Below are positions 55,544-64,000 of a stretch of DNA of 64,000 nt, piece after piece (the stretch's first letter is position 1; every line of letters starts with the position of its first letter). Location of the stretch: positions 152,086,001 through 152,150,000 of the forward strand of contig OZ024743.1 of NCBI GenBank assembly GCA_964016885.1, read 5' to 3'. This stretch comes from Eledone cirrhosa. Lineage: Eukaryota. The translations under genes were made by a program, and so were the position numbers. The notes below the pieces were generated by a model. It was given only the letters and a program-made list of their open reading frames with translations. It was not told the origin of the DNA and ran no database searches.

Positions 55544-56488
55544 TGTTATACTTTGGGAGGGTCATGTTGCCAATAAGAAACACACGCACCAGTTGCTTTC
55601 ACTTCAATTTATTATAATAAATTTATAAATTTAGGAATTTATAAATTTCCGGTTGGTTGGTTGGTTCCACAACCAGATAGTTGTTTATATATTGTCAAAG
55701 TTCTTTCGTCACACATTCTGTGACCTCTTCAGTGACTGGGGATTCTTTTCTTTGTTTTTTGTGCCTCTCCTTTGTTCTGTCCTACGCCATCTTGTTTTTG
55801 TGTGTGTATTGTGTGCTTAGTTTGCGCATGTGTTACATCCGGGTGTCTGTGTGTGTTTATATTTGTTTATTTATTTGTTTATTTACATGTTACTGGTTGG
55901 TTGTGTGTTCTATGTGCGTGTGTGTTTTCATTTTGTCCTTAATTGTAAGTTGTGATGTTGCTGTTCCACTCATGTTTTCTATTTAATTTTGGTTGTAATT
56001 CATTTATGTTTATTGCCTCTGTGATTTGTCTAAACATTGCGTCTTTTCTGTGTGTAGATTCTATTTTTATTTCTATGTTCTCTAATTTACCCTTATGTTC
56101 TATTTTAGCATGGTGGTAGAGTACAGATGATTCTTTACTATCTTGAAGGTCTCACCAGTGTTCATTTATCCGTTCCCCTATACTACGAGCTGTCTCACCT
56201 AAGTACATTATATTTTTATCTCTACATTGTCCTTCAGTACATCTTATGCTATATGCTACATTTCTAGTTTTACAGTTAATATGGGGGCTTAATTTACAGA
56301 TCATACATTTCTTATCTATACAGGCGGGTCTTTGAAAAGGGTATGTCTTGCTAATAAGTGTAACCAACCAACCATCCGGAAATTTATAAATTCCTAAATT
56401 TATAAATTTATTATAATAAATTGAAGTGAAAGCACCTGGTGCATGTGTTTCTTATTGGCAACATGACCCTCCCAAAGTATAACAATAT
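55540..56488 (-). mobile_element. Penelope-like element, GIY-YIG fragment between ~130-bp inverted repeats
   Basis: ORF 56152-56367 CKTRNVAYSIRC...YLGETARSIGERINEH (GIY-YIG). 55540-55670 is inverted at 56358-56488. Confidence 0.9.
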
Positions 56489-56561
56489 CGGTTTCAACAC
56501 ACGTTTTCAGATAAAGAATCTTGCTAAACAAATTCAGAAACGAAATATATATATACATATA

Positions 56562-56645
<84 letters not shown>

Positions 56646-56769
56646 TATATATATACACTTATATATATATATATATACATATATACATATAACCCTTGCA
56701 AGCAGGGAAAAAGCGGACGTAAAATGAAATGATGATGATGATGATGATGATATGTATATACATATATAC

Positions 56770-58046
56770 ATATCATCATCATCATGATCATCATCATCGT
56801 TTAACGTCCATCTTCCACGCTTGCATGGGTTTGGACAGGAGTTTTCCCACTTGAGGCAAGAGTGGTTGTCTTGCTCACATAGGACTGTCTGGCGGGTTTT
56901 CTACAGCTGGATGCTCTTCCTAACACCAACCACATTTACAGTGTGGGACTGGGAGGTTTTTACCGTGTTGCCTACACGGCCACATTACAGCGTGGACTGT
57001 GTGTTTTTTTGTCGTGACACCTACACGATCTCATTTGTTTCGGCCTGGATGTTGTGGCACCAACATAACTTTACATTGAAAGAGGCGGCGTGGATAGGGT
57101 GGGGGTGTATTTTGTTAGAGATGCCTACTGACTGTAGTAGGTTTTACTTTGTATTTAGGTAAGGCGGGTCTTCTCTATTACTGAGTACCGCGAAAGATCT
57201 AAGTCCAGTGACATTGTCTTGGAGAGGTGTAAGTGTGTGAGGTCGGAATTTATCAGGTCGTCCCAGGTTGTTCTGGGTCTGCCTACTCCGTGGCTACCAT
57301 CTATCTTTATTGGCCTGCACTTTTTTATACAGCTGTCGTCTTTCATGCGCATCACGTGACCATACCAACGTAGCCTTCTCTCGAGTAAACAACATCTGAT
57401 CCCTCTTATTTCTAATTTTTCCCTTAGTTGGTTTATGCTTTGCCGTTCACGTATATTACTATTACACATCCAGCGGAGCATGCAAGCTTCGTTCCTCTCT
57501 AGTCTGCGTATATCCTCTGCACACAATGCCCAGGTCTCACTGCCATGCAACATTGCTGTTCGTATGCAGGCATCATACAACCTGCCTTTCATTTTTAGGG
57601 AGAACCTTTTAGCGGCTAATAGTGGTATAAGCTCTCTGAACTTTTTCCATCCAGTTCTGACTCTAGCTACTGTACTTTCAGAGCACCCTCTCCCACTGCT
57701 GATTTTGTCACTCAGGTAACGGAAGCTGTCCACTATTTCTATAGAACCCTCTGCGCAATTGAAGGAGCTAGTATTTGTGCGCACTTGCTGCTACTTATTG
57801 CACCAGAGCACCGGCCACATGTAAAATCTATGTTCTTAGTTAGCTTACCTGTGATCCCACTACATCTTTTATGCACCCATACTTTGCATTTGGGGCACAA
57901 AATGGAGTTTCTACCTACGCCTTTCCTAAACACTGAGCATGGCCATTTCCTGGAAGGGACCGCCGCCTTATTTTCTTTCCTACAAACTAGAACTTTAGTC
58001 TTAGCCAGGTTAATTTTAAGGCCTTTTGATTCTAGGCCGTGCTTCC
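56770..58046 (-). mobile_element. RTE LINE subfamily A2, 5'-truncated
   Basis: ORFs 57155-57784 and 57739-58248. Colinear with 46700-47965. Confidence 0.95.
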
Positions 58047-58102
58047 TATACATACATATATTTATATATATATATATGACACGTCCCACATATATGTGTA
58101 TA

Positions 58103-58146
<44 letters not shown>

Positions 58147-58159
58147 TATATACATATAT

Positions 58160-58213
<54 letters not shown>

Positions 58214-58329
58214 TCATTACTTAAGCAAAACAAGACAACAAATTTCACAAGGAAGATATTATTAAAAGATTGTCAACATATTTTAGTTTGATGTAAGGAA
58301 TATAGAGAATAATAATAATAATAATAATA

Positions 58330-58720
58330 ATAATTGTTTCTACTCTAGGCACAAGGCCACTAATTACCCAGTGCGTTACTGGCACTTTATTTTATCGACC
58401 CCGTAAGGATGAAAGGCAAAGTCAACCTTGACCGGATTTAAACTCAGATCGTAAAGGGACGTAACTATGCTGGAAAGCATGTCCGACCCTCTACCGATAC
58501 TGCCAATTCATCGCCCTTAATAATATTAATAATAATTGTTTCTACTTTTTGGCACAAGGCCAGCAATTACCCAGTGCATTACTGGTAATTTATTTTATCG
58601 ACCCTGTAAGGATGAAAAGCAAAGTCAACCTCGGCGGGATTTGAACTCAGATCGTAAAGGGAGGTAACTATGCTGGAAAGCATGGCGTCCGACCCTCTAC
58701 CGATACTGCCAATCCACCAC
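58330..58720 (-). mobile_element. Tandem dimer of SINE family A (left arm)
   Basis: Two full copies, ~58330-58517 and ~58533-58720. Confidence 0.93.
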
Positions 58721-58741
58721 GTTAAGGGAATAATAATGTCC

Positions 58742-58860
58742 GTTTACAATTGTTTCGCTACTCCATATAATATTTCTGTATCAAATGATTATATATCATT
58801 ATTGATCTGGTTCAGTTGAAAATAATTAACATAGGTAAAGATAGAGCAGCTCATCGGAAC
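58742..58860 (-). ncRNA. Hammerhead ribozyme in the PLE terminal repeat, U4C variant
   Basis: Minus strand GTT-CCGATGA-GCTGCTCT...GGAGTAGC-GAAAC-AATT-GTA-AAC. 8-bp stem II, palindromic stem III loop, 3-bp stem I. Confidence 0.7.
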
Positions 58861-60615
58861 TTCAAAAGGAATATAAATTAAAATAAGGATAGAATGTTAC
58901 ATAAATGTAATGTTCCATATATTGGTATTTCACTGTGTCCTGGGTATATCAATTGTCTGCCATAGTTGAGCAGTATTCTTCTGTCGAGTCTGCATTATGT
59001 GAGATCTGCCTATGGGTAACAAGATGGCCGCCGATGGACATATTTACTTTACTAATTATAGGGTGGTTTCAGGAGAAGTAACTCCTCGGGAGATTAGAAA
59101 TTGTGGGTAGTTTATAGTTAAGTGCTAATTTTTTAATTTTTTAATTGAGAGACAATGTAAGGGTGGTAACTTATAATTATCTAAGTTAGTTATAGTTATT
59201 TAACTTATTAGCTACAAGCAAAAATGGGGCTAGGTGACTATGTTGGGTCAAATATTCTGTTGGCGAAGGAATTAGCCCTTCGATGTTGACAGCTAATAGT
59301 TACCTCCGTTCTATCGTTAATCGGTAGAGGTCGTGATAGAGTTATGTAATATGCTTCGGTAAGACAGAGGTCACAATATTTTCTTCGTCCATTGAACGGT
59401 TGGGCCCTAGCCAAGATATCCCATGTTAGTGAGTGTTCAATGTTGGTTAATTTAAGGTTTTTAATGAGCCTAGCTAGAGATGTCGAACATCTGTTGTTAG
59501 GGTCTTGGAAGGAAAAAGTGCGCGTTATAGTGTACCTTAAAAGGGTTAGAGGTAGACCCGATATAGGAGCTGGTATGCGAAGCAGTTTTAACCGTACACC
59601 TATAGACTATGTTGGGTGTCAGGCAATGTCCATTTACTGGGCATGCATTAGGGTAATGGAAGCTGCAGTTACTGCTGCGATTAGTGAGAGTAGGGTTGTC
59701 TAACCTAAGCGGTGGGTCAGTGCTAGAAGGATTAGATGGGGGAGGTGTGCTCCTAGAGTAAGTATTGGTGTAGTGGCATGGTGTATTTGATGGGGGTGGT
59801 GGTACCGTGGTGTGGGAGTTATACTGTCTTAGTTTATGATGGTTACTGAATGTGATGTGGCTAGGTTAGGTTTTGTGGAGAATGAGATTTTAATGTTATT
59901 TTTATTAAAGAGTTTGTAATATCTATGGTTGGGGGGAAATGTTTAGATAGGATAGAGAAGAAGCGTTTAGGGATATTAGTGGCTAGATTAGATGAGAATG
60001 GGGGTTAAGCCAGGTGATATTTCTAGGCCTATTCCTTCTAGGGGTTCTAGTGGAGTTGGTAGGGGCCTTCATAGGGTTTTTATTACCTGGGCATTTGTTA
60101 TTTGTGATCCCCTTGCTCATTCCTATTCAAGGGTTGATATTTAGTTTGCTACTTGGAGTGGGAAGCAGGCCACTGCCACCATTAAGGTTCCCTGTATAAG
60201 TGCTGTTACTGCTAAATTTCCGGCGAATCTGGCTATATGCTAAGGTATTTCTAGTTCTAGTGTTAAGTTTATTATGGTTGTGGTGAATTGCTGTGTTATG
60301 GCATTTAGGTATGTAGTAAATGGACTGTTCATAACCAGATTCAGAAAGAGCCTTATTATAATATGCTGCATGGTTTATAAATATCTTCTCATTTGCTGAT
60401 AGCATGGAGATCCTATACGAGATAGATTTGATTACTGCTCTGATGACTGCCGGTGGGTGGTTAGAGTGTGGGCTAATATATGTAAGTATTTCACCTGGTG
60501 TATGGTAAGGGTAATATAGGTTATTGTTATGATCCAGGGTAACGTCTAATCATTTGATCCAGAAATATTATATGGAGTAGCGAAACCATTGTAAACAGAC
60601 ATTATTATTATTAAA

Positions 60616-61003
60616 GGGCGGTGAATTGGCAGTATCGGTAGAGGGTTGGACGCCATGTTTTCTAGCATAGTTACATCCCTTTACAATCTGAGTTCAAATC
60701 CCGCCGAGGTTAACTTTGCCTTTCATCCTTACGGGGTCGATGAAATAAAGTACCAGTAATGTACTGGGTATTTGCTGGCCTTGTGCCTAAAGTAGAAACA
60801 ATTATTATTATTAAAGGGTGGTGGATTGGCAGTATTGGTAGAGAGTTGGACGCCATGCTTTCCAGCATAGTTACGTCCCTTTACGATCTGAGTTCAAATC
60901 CTGCCGAGGTTTACTTTACCTTTCATCCTTACGGGGTCGATAAATAAAGTACCAGTAATGCACTGGGTAATTGCTGGCCTTGTGCCTAAAGTAGAAACAA
61001 TTA
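60616..61003 (+). mobile_element. Tandem dimer of SINE family A (right arm)
   Basis: Two full copies, ~60616-60803 and ~60817-61003. Confidence 0.93.
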
Positions 61004-61289
61004 TTATTAATATTATTATTATTATTCTCTACATTCCGTACATCAAACTAAAATATGTTGACAATCTTTTAATAATGTCTTCCTTGTGAAATTTGTGGTC
61101 TTGTTTTGCTTAACTAATGAATATTTCCAGCTCTGTGCACCTAACCTCTGCATGAACCCAGCCACATATCTGCTTTCCACTGCATATTGCACATTGAGCA
61201 CATGCCTTTACACTTTGGCTTCTAACTAATTCACCAATCTCTCCTCTCCTATCTCCATCTCTCTCTTTAAGATTGGTTACTCTTGAACT

Positions 61290-61803
<514 letters not shown>

Positions 61804-62145
61804 ATGGTGGCTGCCAACTCGTTTTCGAGTACGGCCACTACATTATATCCATGTAGGAGAACCCCTACCGATGCGCTGAATGAGTGTGACTTTTTAGTCC
61901 AGCCAGCGACTTGAAAACTCTGGTACAAACACTACACTTGTGACAATTATTGACACATAGTGCTGGGCCCATGGTACCATGTGACGACAAGTGCAGAGAG
62001 ATCTCCAGATATAAAGCAATGCCTGTGCCGTGAAGCTTTTATAGTGAGCAAAGGCACTGCACAAAGCCAGTCCCACTCTCTTAACCAAGATGATATTTAC
62101 CAAAAAGAAGAACAAGTCAACATCATTGGATACCATCAGGGTTGC
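61804..62145 (-). mobile_element. Family C copy
   Basis: Reverse complement of 40752-41094. Confidence 0.88.
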
Positions 62146-62198
62146 ATATATACATATATACATACATATATATATATAAATATATATATATATACATA

Positions 62199-62540
62199 TG
62201 TAGCGCTCTCTAGACAGGAAGTAGCTGGAGCTACTTCCCGTTGAGGTTGCAGAACCATCTTTGTGAATTCCGTCACCAGGGAACTATAAAGGAGAAAGCT
62301 GAAAGCTATCTCCCTCTCTTTTAACCTGCCTGGCGCTTCGGCCAAGCACGTTCCGCCGAGGGTATATTCTCTGGCAACCTGAACATGGTAATGTAAAGAC
62401 CTCCTGGTCTCTTGTGCGCTGACTTCAAAAAGGTAAACAACTAACTTTCTTTCATCTCTCTTGGCATGTCAACTATTCAGCTCTACATAGCTCAACTTTG
62501 TTAAATAAACATTGTACATACAACCCAGTATCCTGTTATA
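62199..62540 (+). mobile_element. Probable solo LTR
   Basis: Begins TGTAGC and ends GTTATA (degenerate TGTAAC/GTTACA). TATAAA at ~62285, AATAAA at 62504-62509. Sits inside (TA)n. No TSD resolvable. Confidence 0.5.
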
Positions 62541-62621
62541 GATATATACATATATATATATATATATATACATATATATACATATATATATACATACATA
62601 TATACATATATACATATATAC

Positions 62622-62780
62622 ATGGACACACTAGAAGAGGAAGACCAAGGTTAACGTATGTTGATGCCCTAAGGACAGACAGTGGTCTGTTGGAGACGCA
62701 GGACATGGCAGCGATAATGAGGGACAGAGACCGCTGGAGAGAACTCGTCCATGGATCTCGGGAATTTTACCCGCCTTAGA
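62622..62780 (+). mobile_element. 3' end of another RTE family
   Basis: [22 protein letters not shown]...[11 protein letters not shown]. Confidence 0.85.
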
Positions 62781-63028
62781 ATAGAACATATATACAGATA
62801 TATATACATACATATATACATATACATAGATATATATATATATATATACATATATATACATATATACATATATATATATATATACATATATATATACATA
62901 CATATATACATATATATATATATACATATATATACACATATATATATACATATATATACATACATATATACATATATATATATACATATATCTATCTATC
63001 TATATATATATATATATATATATATATC

Positions 63029-63933
63029 AGCAGTGAGGTAGGGTGCTCTGAAAGTACAGTAGCTAAAGTCAGAACGGGATGGAAAAAGTTCAGAGAGCTT
63101 ATTGGCCACTAAAGGGTTCTCTCTAAAAATGAAAAGCAGGCTGTATGATGCCTGCATACGAACAGCAATGTTACATGGCAGTGAGACTTGGGCATTGTGG
63201 GCAGAGGATATACGCAGAATGGAGAGGAACAAAGCTTGCATGCTCTGCTGGATGTGTAATAGTAATATACGTGATTGGCAAAGCATAAACGAACTAAGGG
63301 AGAAATTAGGAATAAGAGGGATCAGATGTTGTTTACTCGAGAGAAGACTACATTGGTACGGTCACGTGATGCGCATGAAAGACGACAGTTGTATAAAAAA
63401 GTGCAAGGCGATAAAAATAGACGGTAGCCACAGAGTAGGCAGACCCAGAAAAACCTGGGACAATTTGATAAATACCGACCTCACACACTTACACCTCTCC
63501 AAGACAATGTCACTGGACCGAGATCCTTGGCGCTACACAGTAATACAGAAGACCCGCCTTGCCTAAGTACAAAGCGAAATCTACAGTGAGTAGGCACTTC
63601 TAACAAAAACACACCCCCGTCCCACTACCCCCACCCCATCCACACCACCCCTTTTTATGTTGGTACCACAACATCCAGTCCGAAACAAATGAGGTCGTGT
63701 AGGTGTCACAACAAAAAAACACACAGTCCACGCTGTAATGTGGCCGTGTAGGTAACACGGTAAAAACCTCCCAGTCCACACTGTAAACGTCGTTGGTGTT
63801 AGGAAGGGCATCCATCATAGAAAACCTGCCAGACAATCCTATACAAGCAAGACAACCAATCTTGCCTCAAGTGGGAAAATTCCCGTCCAGACTGATGCAA
63901 GCATGGAAGATGGACGTTAAACGATGGTGATGA

Positions 63934-63936
<3 letters not shown>
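63029..63936 (+). mobile_element. RTE LINE subfamily A2, 5'-truncated
   Basis: ORF 63102-63566 (LHGSETW, RRLHWYGHV, GRPRKTW), 3' UTR and (ATG)n tail. Inverted relative to 56770-57700. Confidence 0.95.
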
Positions 63937-63997
<61 letters not shown>

Positions 63998-64000
63998 GTA

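Larger units (their letters stand above)
58210..61124 (-). mobile_element. Penelope-like element (RT C-terminus + GIY-YIG) with ~580-bp inverted arms
   Basis: Minus strand LDVTLD...YISPHSNHPP...LSANEKIF...YNKALSESGY, CPVNGHCLTPNIVYRCTV, YIGSTSNPFK, CDLCLTEAYYI. 58210-58792 is inverted at 60547-61124. Confidence 0.92.

Overview
AT-rich eukaryotic (animal) genomic DNA. The repeat families and the density of (TA)n/(CAT)n microsatellites suggest a mollusc, probably a coleoid cephalopod such as octopus (inference). I recognise no intact host protein-coding gene. One well-formed 40-nt minus-strand exon candidate (49680-49719) suggests the window may be largely intronic. The long ORFs come from decayed retrotransposons or from microsatellites. 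Elements seen: several RTE-clade LINE subfamilies, Penelope-like elements (PLEs: RT, GIY-YIG), two tRNA-headed SINE families, a non-autonomous RTE derivative, an Hsmar2-like mariner, hAT and piggyBac-like MITEs, a Helitron and a probable solo LTR. Most interesting: (i) three PLE or PLE-like units whose 3' end is duplicated in inverted orientation at the 5' end, one with ~580-bp arms carrying a SINE dimer and part of a hammerhead ribozyme; (ii) a near-canonical type I hammerhead at 37446-37545; (iii) a SINE whose tail is a chimera of two RTE subfamilies joined at a microhomology; (iv) a perfect 59-bp-arm palindrome abutting a 25-bp tandem duplication. All alignments were done by eye, so boundaries of decayed elements are approximate.
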